From the IMG/VR virus record IMGVR_UViG_3300034082_003579: a DNA stretch of 64,000 bases, one strand, 5' to 3'. The translations under genes were made by a program, and so were the position numbers. The stretch comes from a virus (Duplodnaviria > Heunggongvirae > Uroviricota > Caudoviricetes). Positions 1 to 9,217 of the stretch are shown piece after piece; position 1 is the stretch's first letter; the number at the start of each line of letters is the position of its first letter. The notes beneath the pieces were generated by a model, which was not told the DNA's origin, made no database searches, and was given only the letters and a program-made list of their open reading frames with translations.

Positions 1-222
1 TGATTGAATGTGTTGGATGATTTCTTGTGCTTGACTGAGATCTTCTAAGGGTGCCGAATCAAAATATTCAAACATGATCATCTGCAGCATGACATGTGCT
101 ATAGGCCGTACAGTAGAATCCAGTGTAGCGAACCACTCTGCAATTTCCTCTGTTGATTCTAAATTCCAAATTGTTTCACAAAGTTCTCGTTGTAGCGGGG
201 TAAGTCCAGTTAAAGAGATCAT
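1..222 (-). CDS. hypothetical protein, truncated by window edge
   Basis: Not in ORF track. ATG at 222 overlaps the upstream TGA (ATGA); open for 74 codons to position 1 (MISLTGLTPLQRELCETIWNLES...). Confidence 0.7.
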   Translation of the reverse strand, partial: MISLTGLTPLQRELCETIWNLESTEEIAEWFATLDSTVRPIAHVMLQMIMFEYFDSAPLEDLSQAQEIIQHIQS

Positions 223-374
223 GCGTTTTCCTTTTGTTGTCTGCGATATTCGCGTTTGAGCCAGTATTTAAATCGTTGAAAATATTCTACCCGAGAAAAT
301 TGAGCCTCAAGAAACTGCTCGCGTTCTTCACAATTGGCTTGCCATAGCCGTTCTACCCATGCTCGAAATTGCAT
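219..374 (-). CDS. small hypothetical protein
   Basis: ORF track 219..458; start more likely ATG 374 (MQFRAWVERLW), preceded by GGTGA and downstream of a sigma70 promoter. Confidence 0.6.
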   Translation of the reverse strand: MQFRAWVERLWQANCEEREQFLEAQFSRVEYFQRFKYWLKREYRRQQKENA

Positions 375-423
375 TGTCTTCACCGTGTGTATATTGTGGA
401 TGATGTACTGCATGCATAACTGT

Positions 424-452
424 ATTATATTAGAAACTGTGTTTGCGGTCAA
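424..452 (-). promoter_or_regulatory. sigma70-type promoter
   Basis: TTGACC-17 nt-TATAAT. Confidence 0.65.
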
Positions 453-500
453 TAACAAATAGTATGGTTTTTACAACAAAAAAGACTTTTATATATCGTT

Positions 501-863
501 TTATCGAACTACAGAACCGTTGAGCCATGCTGTGAGATCACCGTACATGGTGGCCATCATGGCTTCACGACTGCTGAAAAATATAATTTGTTTACCACGC
601 TTATCCAAGTAGAATGGAAATGCAATTTTGCGATCCATGTCCAAAAGAACACGTTTGGTTATGGCCTTGAGTTCAATTGGCAGTTTCCAATGTTCTAATT
701 CCAAGGTGTTTGATAACACACGAAACCCTTCGTTGGTAAGTCTGAATCCGCCGGAGTCTCTGATATTGACATACCAGTCAAACAAGGCCTGCTCTAGTGT
801 GGGAGATTCGCTGTTGGGCCAGTTGCGTCGTAGGTGTTCTGTGAGGTCACGCTTGCTTATCAT
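501..863 (-). CDS. hypothetical phage protein
   Basis: 120-aa ORF coupled to upstream gene. Confidence 0.75.
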   Translation of the reverse strand: MISKRDLTEHLRRNWPNSESPTLEQALFDWYVNIRDSGGFRLTNEGFRVLSNTLELEHWKLPIELKAITKRVLLDMDRKIAFPFYLDKRGKQIIFFSSREAMMATMYGDLTAWLNGSVVR

Positions 864-1149
864 TTGGAAACACCTGTTGCCCTTGCGTCAACAACACCAC
901 TGAAAATTTGTCAGTTTTAAATTGCACGTTCAATTTTTTAGCCAAGTTAACAGCATGTCCTTGATTGCTAAAGGATACCTTTTTATACTTAGGACCAGGA
1001 TACTGAACCAATAGATTGGATGTCTTGAGATTGATCGGCTTGCCATCAAAAAACACCGCCCAGATGCCTTGTGCTGCCAGCACCTGCTCGGTCTTGTATG
1101 TGTTGCGATCGGTAATCTCTACCAGTACGTTGGGTTTTGGACGACTCAT
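847..1149 (-). CDS. hypothetical phage protein (late promoter)
   Basis: 100-aa ORF, AGGAG SD 8 nt upstream. Confidence 0.8.
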   Translation of the reverse strand: MSRPKPNVLVEITDRNTYKTEQVLAAQGIWAVFFDGKPINLKTSNLLVQYPGPKYKKVSFSNQGHAVNLAKKLNVQFKTDKFSVVLLTQGQQVFPNDKQA

Positions 1150-1159
1150 TCATTAAACT

Positions 1160-1185
1160 CCTACATTTATTTATGATAATGTAGG
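1160..1185 (-). promoter_or_regulatory. late promoter inside RBS-sequestering hairpin
   Basis: CCTACATT-atcATAAATA-AATGTAGG: 8-bp stem, TAAATA in loop, 3' arm contains AGG of the SD. Confidence 0.7.
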
Positions 1186-1189
1186 TGCT

Positions 1190-1390
1190 TTAAAACGAGC
1201 CCCCGTCAAGTTCTAATTTCACTGGCTTGGTTTCGTCTGGCTGTTCATGCAATACATGAAGAGCCAACAGCAGTTTAGTAATGTCAGCATGTAGGTCTTT
1301 GGCATCACTTAGACTCATAGTGAGGTCTCGCTGAGCTCGAGCATCTGCTGCTTTGACTCGATCGATAAATCTATTGATATGCAAGCTCAT
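1190..1390 (-). CDS. hypothetical protein
   Basis: 66-aa ORF, TAATG-coupled. Confidence 0.7.
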   Translation of the reverse strand: MSLHINRFIDRVKAADARAQRDLTMSLSDAKDLHADITKLLLALHVLHEQPDETKPVKLELDGGSF

Positions 1391-1605
1391 TAGTCATTCC
1401 CGCAAATGTTTCGAGCCGTTGCAACATGTTTAAATTCCATGTGTGGAGCAATGTCATTGTCAAAAATCTGTGCCATGGTGTTCCAGAGATATGTGCGTTC
1501 CTCTTGAGTCATACCAGATGACAAGCCGCCAACTTCAGATTTTATTATACCGTAGTCGTGTCTGTAAGTGAAACACATGTTGGTGATGATATTTTCTCTG
1601 TTCAT
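1390..1605 (-). CDS. hypothetical protein
   Basis: 71-aa ORF filling the operon gap. Confidence 0.65.
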   Translation of the reverse strand: MNRENIITNMCFTYRHDYGIIKSEVGGLSSGMTQEERTYLWNTMAQIFDNDIAPHMEFKHVATARNICGND

Positions 1606-1607
1606 GA

Positions 1608-1973
1608 TTATTTTTCCAGGAAAGGTTCGAGATTCGGCGGAGTCCAGCCAACTGGCTTGAGTACTTTGCCATCTTCACGTTTGCGCACTTTGCCTGTTTC
1701 ACTGTCAATTTTGGCAAAGTTTGTTCGCATTACTTCTTTCCATGCACCTTCGGCATCTGCACCCATGGAATGAATAGCACCGATAGTGACAACCAAAATG
1801 TCAATCAAGGCATCCAGCTGTTCCAACATGTCGCCGTCATTTTCTGCAGCAATCAGTTCTTTGTATTCTTCCTCAATGAGATTTTTATACATCTCAAACT
1901 GCCGTTTATCAAACCTTTCAACTGATTGGTCGCAGGCTCGCATGAACTTTTCTTGGTCTCTAAACGGATTCAT
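1608..1973 (-). CDS. MazG-like / all-alpha NTP pyrophosphohydrolase
   Basis: LIEEEYKEL...LDALIDILVV metal-binding ExxE...D pattern, WKEVMRTNFAK and GKVLKP; start set at ATG 1973. Confidence 0.8.
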   Translation of the reverse strand: MNPFRDQEKFMRACDQSVERFDKRQFEMYKNLIEEEYKELIAAENDGDMLEQLDALIDILVVTIGAIHSMGADAEGAWKEVMRTNFAKIDSETGKVRKREDGKVLKPVGWTPPNLEPFLEK

Positions 1974-2406
1974 TGGCTTGATCCTCTGTGTGATATGGAC
2001 CGCGATAAGCATAGCGTTGCAAGGTAATCAATTTGGGACAGAATACAGTTTCCCATTCTCTCCCTTGTTTGATTTGATACCATCCGGCTGCATACCAGCT
2101 TTTAGATCTTAACTCGCGTGTCCACAGCGGTACTTGATGCTTGACATCATATATGGCATTAAATGCCCGACTACTAGTGCTGTATCCGTGTACTGAGTTG
2201 GATGAAACAGTTGGTTTTTTCTTTGATACTGTTTCAAAATCAATAGATACGTTTTGTTTAATTGTGTTTATGCTTTTAAAACTCTGCACTTGATTGTTGA
2301 TTTTTACTGAAAACCCACCTGGTCCTGCTTCGATGTTGCCAATTTTTTGATTGCCCTGTTTGAGAATCCAATACTGATTAGGTACTACTGTTTTCGCTAC
2401 GATCAT
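1960..2406 (-). CDS. hypothetical phage protein
   Basis: 148-aa ORF overlapping both neighbours. Confidence 0.75.
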   Translation of the reverse strand: MIVAKTVVPNQYWILKQGNQKIGNIEAGPGGFSVKINNQVQSFKSINTIKQNVSIDFETVSKKKPTVSSNSVHGYSTSSRAFNAIYDVKHQVPLWTRELRSKSWYAAGWYQIKQGREWETVFCPKLITLQRYAYRGPYHTEDQANESV

Positions 2407-3400
2407 CTAGCACTCCTTGATATGTTTTATTCAACCAGCGAGCATACTGCTCAGCCGATTCACTGGCCTTGACAAGCTCATATTTGCCACAAAATTTCAT
2501 AAATCTAATTCCCACTTGTCCAATGTCCTTGTGACTGATCTGAGAACAAATGCTTTCGTCTACTTGCTGTTTGATTTCTACTGGCTGTGCATTTAAATCA
2601 ATCAACAAGCGATTGCGTTCGTAGTCGTCTAGTACACGATGTTCTACTCCGTTGTGGTCAACCCAGCGTTGAAGCATGAGGTTATTCCACGCATATCCTT
2701 GTTTTTTTCGATCTTCAAATGCTTCAGTTAATCCTACTTTGTTTTTGGTGCCCTTGACACGCACACCCGGATATGCACTAAACACATTGTCACTGGTATC
2801 GCCTCGCATGCATTTTTCAAACAATAGCCATTCTGGATCGGGTATGACTTTGGGTAGTTTGGTTTTTTTATCTACTACAGGTCGGCCTTTGGCATCAAAT
2901 ATTCCACGTACAGTCAGTAATTCATCTGTTATACCGTTGTATTGATCAACATTTTCAGCCAGCAGTTGAACAAAGTCAGTATCGCTTGAAATAATTACAT
3001 GATGATCTTGTGGGTGTAGTGCAATCCAACGTGCAACAATATCGTCGGCCTCGGCATTTTCGTTTCTGATTACTGAACAGTTGGTACCGTCAGCCAGGTA
3101 TTTAGTCAAGTTGTCAAACGTCTCCCAAAACAGCTTGTCCTCGTCCTGTTCCCGGGGACTCTGCGCTGCTCGTGCATCTGCCCGGTTGCGCTTGTACGGA
3201 GCATAGATATCTTTGCGCCAACTACGCCCTTCTAGTGCAAAAACCACATGATCTGCTCCGAATTTTGTGACTACCTTGTTTACAGCACTGAGCGTGATGT
3301 GTAAAGCATAACCTACTTTCTCCCACTCGTCGCTGGCACGAAAAGCCACATGTCGGGCTCGGAAAAACATGTTGGCGGTGTCAATTAAAAGATATTTCAT
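2378..3400 (-). CDS. rnh: T4 RNase H-like 5'-3' exonuclease (FEN/Pol I N-terminal family)
   Basis: LLIDTAN, WRKDIYAPYKRNR, EADD, SSDTDFVQL, GDTSDNV motifs. Confidence 0.9.
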   Translation of the reverse strand: MKYLLIDTANMFFRARHVAFRASDEWEKVGYALHITLSAVNKVVTKFGADHVVFALEGRSWRKDIYAPYKRNRADARAAQSPREQDEDKLFWETFDNLTKYLADGTNCSVIRNENAEADDIVARWIALHPQDHHVIISSDTDFVQLLAENVDQYNGITDELLTVRGIFDAKGRPVVDKKTKLPKVIPDPEWLLFEKCMRGDTSDNVFSAYPGVRVKGTKNKVGLTEAFEDRKKQGYAWNNLMLQRWVDHNGVEHRVLDDYERNRLLIDLNAQPVEIKQQVDESICSQISHKDIGQVGIRFMKFCGKYELVKASESAEQYARWLNKTYQGVLDDRSENSST

Positions 3401-4109
3401 GTGATCCTAATAGATTGTTATCGTTAATGTATTTTAACACATGTTGCGCCCAAATGCAATGACTTTTGGCGTCGAAATGATAACTTGCAGGATTTGAGTA
3501 GCTTCCGCCGTTGTTTTTTAACCAATTGTGATAGGAATGATTTCGAGAATACGGTTCGATATAATTTTTACCCCAATCGTGTTTGTTTTGTATGTCACTA
3601 AAAGTGCTATGTCCACTGAAGAACAAATGTTTTATTTTTAGTTCTTTAAGGTATAAATGCATGTTCCAAATTTTATCATGGGCTTCGGGAGTTTTAACAT
3701 CCCAGTCCACATTGATTACATAGTTTTTATAACGTTCTTCCAACGCAGCAGGAACAGTATCTATTCCGCTAGCGTTGACTTGCCAATAACGATCTTGGTA
3801 AAACCATTCTTCTCTTTCCCAAGTAGTCCATTGAAGGATCATAAAAGTGTTCGGAAGTTGATCAAGATTGCTGTTGATCCACGCTTTTGTAGTGCGTATG
3901 ATACGGTCGTTGCTGCCGCCGGAACTGGCTTGACATATCAATTGTGAGTCTGTTGCATTGGCAATGTGCTGACCATAACTCACTGCTAGATTTGCTGGAT
4001 GCGGTTCGTCTCTGCATTGCCATAATTCTCCATCATCGCAGGCCCATGCATGTGGTACAGCGGCTTCGGCCGCTGCCGAATGACTACATCCATTTACGTA
4101 TAATATCAT
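3381..4109 (-). CDS. SGNH/GDSL-like hydrolase
   Basis: LYVNGCSHS block I, GGSNDRI block II, YHF near C-terminus; paralogous style to 44905..45561. Confidence 0.5.
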   Translation of the reverse strand: MILYVNGCSHSAAAEAAVPHAWACDDGELWQCRDEPHPANLAVSYGQHIANATDSQLICQASSGGSNDRIIRTTKAWINSNLDQLPNTFMILQWTTWEREEWFYQDRYWQVNASGIDTVPAALEERYKNYVINVDWDVKTPEAHDKIWNMHLYLKELKIKHLFFSGHSTFSDIQNKHDWGKNYIEPYSRNHSYHNWLKNNGGSYSNPASYHFDAKSHCIWAQHVLKYINDNNLLGSHEISFN

Positions 4110-4579
4110 TTTTTTAGATCTTTTTCAAGCTCGGCCTGCACTACACGTTTGCGAAGGCTACTGCTGCTGAATGAATGATCACGTTTGTTGAAGATCAATT
4201 CGATTCCGCGGGCGTAGCATTCGTGTGCACCTGTAAATTCTTTGTCGGCATATTCTACACCCAAGATTCTGACATCCACTGGCAAGATCAACAGCAAGTC
4301 TACCAAGTCCTGCTCGGTTTGGTATATCACTATTTCGTCTACAAATCTAGTGGCCGACAACTGTATCTGTCGTTCCACTATGCTCTGCACTGGAGGATTC
4401 TTTGTGTCAGGTCGATCAATTGTGGGATCAGTTTGCAAGCCAGCAATCAAGTAATCACAGTGATTTTTAGCTTCGGCCAACATAGCAATGTGTCCAGCAT
4501 GTAGCAAATCAAATGTACTGAAAGTGATACCGATCCTCAGTCCCTGCTGTTTTAGTTCTTTAATTTTGTTGAATATCAT
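4106..4579 (-). CDS. cytidylyltransferase (TagD-like, HIGH family)
   Basis: TFSTFDLLHAGH, GLQTDP, RDHSFSSSSLR. Confidence 0.85.
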   Translation of the reverse strand: MIFNKIKELKQQGLRIGITFSTFDLLHAGHIAMLAEAKNHCDYLIAGLQTDPTIDRPDTKNPPVQSIVERQIQLSATRFVDEIVIYQTEQDLVDLLLILPVDVRILGVEYADKEFTGAHECYARGIELIFNKRDHSFSSSSLRKRVVQAELEKDLKK

Positions 4580-4618
4580 TTTAGTTTTAGGGTTAGAAGT
4601 TTGAACTACAGTTTTTGA

Positions 4619-5029
4619 TCACGATACTTCCGTGCGTCCATTTCCAATGTCTCTGCTGCGTGTGAATCTAGTAGGGTTCATGGCCTGCTCTTGTTCCCAG
4701 GTTTCCATAACAACGTGACGACAAACGTTCTGGAACCATTGATCTACTACATCAGCATCGGTCTTCCCTACATATCCTGCACGGATCAAATTGGCCACAA
4801 ACTTTTCGTTCCAATCCAATTCAAAGGCACCTTGATGGATATTTTCAGGATCTACATCCATGCCGAGAATAGCAACGTAAGGTTCCCCACGTTCAGTAGC
4901 CAAGTCTTTTTCTGACTTTTGTGGCTCCACTTTTTTAGTGCGTTCTTTCTTAGCTGCCTTGACAGCTTCAGCCGGAATTGGCGTTAGTGGTTCCGGCGAT
5001 TTAAAAAAACTTTTTAATTTGTCAAACAT
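4619..5029 (-). CDS. hypothetical phage protein
   Basis: 136-aa ORF with AGGA SD. Confidence 0.75.
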   Translation of the reverse strand: MFDKLKSFFKSPEPLTPIPAEAVKAAKKERTKKVEPQKSEKDLATERGEPYVAILGMDVDPENIHQGAFELDWNEKFVANLIRAGYVGKTDADVVDQWFQNVCRHVVMETWEQEQAMNPTRFTRSRDIGNGRTEVS

Positions 5030-5030
5030 A

Positions 5031-5498
5031 TCATTTGTCCTTTACTTCTATCCATGTGTGGTCACCCAACCACTTGACTGCCACAATGTATTCATACCAT
5101 GCAGGTGGATCTGCCGACCAACCGTCAGGTCCCATGCCGCACAATATGATTTCATTTTGTCTATGATCCTGCACTAACCAATAGACCTGTCCGTGTGCAA
5201 TTTGAAAATCGTATCGGGCAGCATGCACCATGTCAGTCAGGTCAAGCCTGCGTTTGATTTCATCAGCTTGCTTTTGTAGTACTGATACCAACTCCATGAT
5301 GCGATTATATTCTTGCTCGGCATGCATGCGAGCAACATTCAGCATGATGTCTTTTTGTCTAGTAACAGGAACTAGATCAAATGCAGGTGCACCAGCTTCT
5401 GTAGGATAAGGAGTGACATTGCGGTTAAAAAAAGGCACAACTACATTACCAACATTGACATCGAAACTGTTGCGACCTTTTGCGCTGTTGTCACTCAC
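5031..5498 (-). CDS. hypothetical protein, DUF2452-like
   Basis: YPTEAGAPAF motif, coiled-coil middle, DHTW end; GTG start. Confidence 0.55.
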   Translation of the reverse strand: MSDNSAKGRNSFDVNVGNVVVPFFNRNVTPYPTEAGAPAFDLVPVTRQKDIMLNVARMHAEQEYNRIMELVSVLQKQADEIKRRLDLTDMVHAARYDFQIAHGQVYWLVQDHRQNEIILCGMGPDGWSADPPAWYEYIVAVKWLGDHTWIEVKDK

Positions 5499-5501
5499 TG
5501 A

Positions 5502-6386
5502 TCAAGTACCCCAAGCATTACGCCACAAGTCTACCTGCAATCTTGGGCTGTAACGATATCCTCGCTCCATGGACATGTTTGCTACCTGCTGTGTGTTGAC
5601 GTTGTAGACGTCAGCAACACCGCCAATGGGCATCAAGTACACAGGACCCGAGAATCCAGCCTCGCGATAAAGAGCCACTGCACGATCCACATCGTTGAGA
5701 TCTTCTCTAGTGGCAACCACAAACTTCAAGTAAGTCACTCCAATGTCTTGATAGCTTTTAACAATTGCAGGCTTGATGGCATCTGTCCATTTCTCACCGG
5801 AACTGGGCAGCTTGGCTGACACACTGAAAGTTAGATTGTCGCGGTCTCTGCCAAATCGTGTAAACTCTTGAAACAGATATTCGTGAACTTCGGGATACAA
5901 TTCTTGAGTACCGTTGGTTTCAATGGTGACATTGCGTAGCCCGTGGCCTCGACATTTTTCAATCATTTCTGGATACAGTTGTTGATAAGCCAACAAGGGT
6001 TCTCCGCCTGTTATGACCAGGTGTATGTCGTCACTGGTTCTACTCCATGCCCATTGATTGCCAGGAATCATTCCGTGCATCTCGTCAATGATTTCGTCTA
6101 CGTTTTTATGATTGCTGAATTTCTTGAATTCAGGATAGATCGAAGCATACGAATCGCATCCGGTTGATACCAATGGTAGATCCTTAAAGCTTTTGTATTG
6201 ACTGAGATTTTCTATAACCACTGCTACTTCTGGGTTGGCTCCTGCAATCTCTTCGTTGCGATCACGCCCAAACTTCTTGCAGCGAAAGTTACATCCGTAT
6301 GTTCTAAAGAACACGCTGGGCACTCCAGCCCAGCGTCCTTCGCCTTGTAAACTGTAAAAGATTTCTGTGTAGTGTATTTTTTCCAT
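5502..6386 (-). CDS. queE: 7-carboxy-7-deazaguanine synthase (radical SAM)
   Basis: EIFYSLQGEG, RTYGCNFRC...CDS split Cys triad, ITGGEPL, IETNGT, SPRLQVDLW. Confidence 0.9.
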   Translation of the reverse strand: MEKIHYTEIFYSLQGEGRWAGVPSVFFRTYGCNFRCKKFGRDRNEEIAGANPEVAVVIENLSQYKSFKDLPLVSTGCDSYASIYPEFKKFSNHKNVDEIIDEMHGMIPGNQWAWSRTSDDIHLVITGGEPLLAYQQLYPEMIEKCRGHGLRNVTIETNGTQELYPEVHEYLFQEFTRFGRDRDNLTFSVSAKLPSSGEKWTDAIKPAIVKSYQDIGVTYLKFVVATREDLNDVDRAVALYREAGFSGPVYLMPIGGVADVYNVNTQQVANMSMERGYRYSPRLQVDLWRNAWGT

Positions 6387-6422
6387 GGTATATCCGCTGA
6401 GTTATTGATTAATTGTACTGTT

Positions 6423-6429
6423 TATTTAG
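6423..6429 (-). promoter_or_regulatory. T4 late-type promoter for queE
   Basis: CTAAATA in the only intergenic gap upstream of queE. Confidence 0.55.
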
Positions 6430-6436
6430 GTCAGTG

Positions 6437-6970
6437 TCAACCTGCGTGGTGACTTCCATCAGAATTCCGGTGCCACCACCATTCTTCCCAAGGGAAAACA
6501 ATCCATTGCGGATCATCTAGTTTGTTGATGGTTTCAGCAGCGTAAGACGGAACCAATTGGCTTTGACTTGCTTGATTGTCGTATAGAGTGGCTACACGAG
6601 TACTCTTACCCCAAACAAAGTCCCATTGTTCGTCATGTTCAAAGCAGTTGCCTTCCCAATCTCGTTTGATCCAGTTTAATGTGGTTCCCGAATCATTGAT
6701 ATCATCTACAATCAAAATGTTTTTGCCGTTGAACGCATCTTCGGCCATCCAAAAGTTGCTTTCGCATTCGTCGGCAGCACCGTCACGTAGTCTGACTTTC
6801 AGTGTTTCCATAGGACAATCAAGGTACTGACTGATCAAGTTGGCCGGTGTTAAGCCACCTCGTGTGATACCCACTACATAGTCTGGTGTCCATTTGTCCA
6901 AACACATTTGTCGAATTAGTTCCTGCACCTGTTGCTGTACATCGTGCCAGCTTACATATACTTTTTTCAT
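6437..6970 (-). CDS. type I phosphoribosyltransferase (Gpt-like)
   Basis: VVGITRGG, ILIVDDINDSGTT PRPP motif, WIVFPWE. Confidence 0.88.
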   Translation of the reverse strand: MKKVYVSWHDVQQQVQELIRQMCLDKWTPDYVVGITRGGLTPANLISQYLDCPMETLKVRLRDGAADECESNFWMAEDAFNGKNILIVDDINDSGTTLNWIKRDWEGNCFEHDEQWDFVWGKSTRVATLYDNQASQSQLVPSYAAETINKLDDPQWIVFPWEEWWWHRNSDGSHHAG

Positions 6971-7692
6971 TTAGTTGCCTCTCTAATTTCTTTCATAAGA
7001 TTTAATTTAATAGCACTGTTTCTGCTGCCGTGGACGTGAACAATATGCGCTTGGGACATAGCAATTCCATTCCATTCGTCTTGAGCCTGTTGAGATATAA
7101 AAGGCAGTCTTGGAGCCTGGTATGCAATTTCAGGATGTAGGACCTGTTCTAATGTAACCTTTTGTCGCCATAGCATGGCATTTAAAATAAGCTGTTCCGT
7201 ATCATAAGTTGAATGATCCCACTTTGTAGCCAAGGTATTACCCAGCCCCCATAATTTTCGATCCATTACGGCTGGAAAATATCTCACGCCAGCGTTGAAA
7301 AAATTTTCAAAATAACAACCATATGGATTGGGTTGATCGAATGTCCTAGGTTCAGTATAATTGAACATCATGAATTTGTCAAACTTATTGAATATATCTG
7401 TTGGTTTTTGACACACTGTGTCAGGATCGGTGTACAGTATGTTGCAATTTCCTTGATGCCAATATTTAGAAATCATCCAATGGGTATATTCGAATGCCTG
7501 ATTGATATTCTCAAATTCACCTGTGATAAATTTCAATTCCCAGTCGCCTTGCAAATACTGATCAAAACTGGCACAACTGATGTCGTGCATTTGTAGATAG
7601 TTTTCATGCAGATCAACTTCGTAACTACGATCCAGCACTTGCCAGTTTTTGTTTTTTATATGATAAAGACTTTTGATTAGATAATTTTTCAT
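6967..7692 (-). CDS. GT-A fold glycosyltransferase-like protein
   Basis: ILYTDPD DxD, FFNAGV, EQLILN, IVHVHG resemble GT8-like enzymes. Confidence 0.55.
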   Translation of the reverse strand: MKNYLIKSLYHIKNKNWQVLDRSYEVDLHENYLQMHDISCASFDQYLQGDWELKFITGEFENINQAFEYTHWMISKYWHQGNCNILYTDPDTVCQKPTDIFNKFDKFMMFNYTEPRTFDQPNPYGCYFENFFNAGVRYFPAVMDRKLWGLGNTLATKWDHSTYDTEQLILNAMLWRQKVTLEQVLHPEIAYQAPRLPFISQQAQDEWNGIAMSQAHIVHVHGSRNSAIKLNLMKEIREATK

Positions 7693-8405
7693 TGTTTATA
7701 TACAGCTATAGCAGTGTCATTATGATGCTGAACTTGATAGCCAAGTTCAACAAGCCAATCTTGCAACAGTTTGGCTTCGTTGTTCCACCAAGTATTATAA
7801 CTCCATCGTTCATAGATGATGGGAGGAAAATCATGCACACGCAAGGTTTCAACAGCCCCTTTTAAAACCGACAACTCGTACCCTTCTACATCCAATTTGA
7901 TACAACAGATGGGATCATAAAATATCATAGAATCCAATGGTTTTATTTCTATCGTGATTTCTTTACCGTGCCCTACACTAATATCACTGTTTCCCCACAC
8001 AGCAGGATTGAGACTGAAAGCACCAATGTTTGCAGCTTGGTCGTACAGCGGTTCCTGTATTTGCATAACTCCGTACGAATCGCCCAGTGCATGGTTGTAT
8101 GTTTGAATATTAGTAATGTTATTCAGTTGAATATTTTGCAACAATATTTCTTGCATAGCCGGCAGCGGCTCAAATGCTGCAACCGTGTAGTTGGGTAATT
8201 GCTGTGCAACTGGCAAACACACTGTACCCATGTTGGATCCTATATCTAAAATTACGCCAGGTCCTCGTAGTCGTGCCTGTTCGACCACTAGATCAACTAC
8301 GTACCATTCATACTCGCCTTTTGATAACAGGGCTTGACTGATAAAATCTTGTGGATAACGAATAGCCATTTTGCCATGACGAGTTTGAATTATATGCACG
8401 ATCAT
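7689..8405 (-). CDS. FkbM-family methyltransferase
   Basis: ILDIGSNMG, AFEP, IKLDVEGYE. Confidence 0.88.
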   Translation of the reverse strand: MIVHIIQTRHGKMAIRYPQDFISQALLSKGEYEWYVVDLVVEQARLRGPGVILDIGSNMGTVCLPVAQQLPNYTVAAFEPLPAMQEILLQNIQLNNITNIQTYNHALGDSYGVMQIQEPLYDQAANIGAFSLNPAVWGNSDISVGHGKEITIEIKPLDSMIFYDPICCIKLDVEGYELSVLKGAVETLRVHDFPPIIYERWSYNTWWNNEAKLLQDWLVELGYQVQHHNDTAIAVYKQ

Positions 8406-9217
8406 GTTTGGTACTGCTTCAAGTGGCCATTAACATCGGCTGCCATCATTTTATCCCATGGTCCATTGGTTTTATTCTGTATACCTTGCCAGTGTGTTAA
8501 CTCATATCCCTGTTGCTTGAGATATTCTGCCAGTTTAACGGTTTCTTCAACACGAGCCCGACGATGCGTAATGTAATTGAAATCTCTTGGATCATCTGGG
8601 TTGCCTTCGAAAATTTGCCTACGTTTAAATGTGTTGTCGTTGTTTTTTCCACTTAGATCAAAACGTTCGTGTTCAACATTGACATCGATTTTGACCACAA
8701 TGTCTAGTAGCCAGGCAATCTGACTTAGCCAAGCATCAGTCAACTGGTGCTGACTCAAGTGACCAATTATCTCAAACCAGGTTCTTGGTACTATGGGAAA
8801 AATACTGTAAGGATGAAAATTATGCGTATTAAAGGCCTGCAAACAAAATCGTCCGTTGTGGCTGTTGATCACCGTGTCCCAGCCTGCAGTATTCATCACA
8901 GCATCATCGTTCCAAAATACAAACCAACTACCTGTGGCTTTTTTGGCCAATGCATTGATATAGAAATGTAAGTTTTCGTATCCCACTGGTTCAAATTGCA
9001 AACAGGTATACAGTGCATCAGAGGATTTTATTTTAGGTAACACATGTTTGGCAAACCAGGTATAGCTGTCGGCATCGTCGCTGTCGAATGCAAACAACCA
9101 TTCAAGTGCTGCAGGATCATCGGCCGAATCAATTAGACTAGAAACGCTGCGATCTAATTGTTCAGTGCGGCCTCGAGTAGGCAACAGTATACTAATCTTC
9201 GAGATATTGTTGGACAT
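8402..9217 (-). CDS. GT2-like glycosyltransferase
   Basis: ISILLPTRGR N-terminus, FWNDD motif. Confidence 0.65.
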   Translation of the reverse strand: MSNNISKISILLPTRGRTEQLDRSVSSLIDSADDPAALEWLFAFDSDDADSYTWFAKHVLPKIKSSDALYTCLQFEPVGYENLHFYINALAKKATGSWFVFWNDDAVMNTAGWDTVINSHNGRFCLQAFNTHNFHPYSIFPIVPRTWFEIIGHLSQHQLTDAWLSQIAWLLDIVVKIDVNVEHERFDLSGKNNDNTFKRRQIFEGNPDDPRDFNYITHRRARVEETVKLAEYLKQQGYELTHWQGIQNKTNGPWDKMMAADVNGHLKQYQT

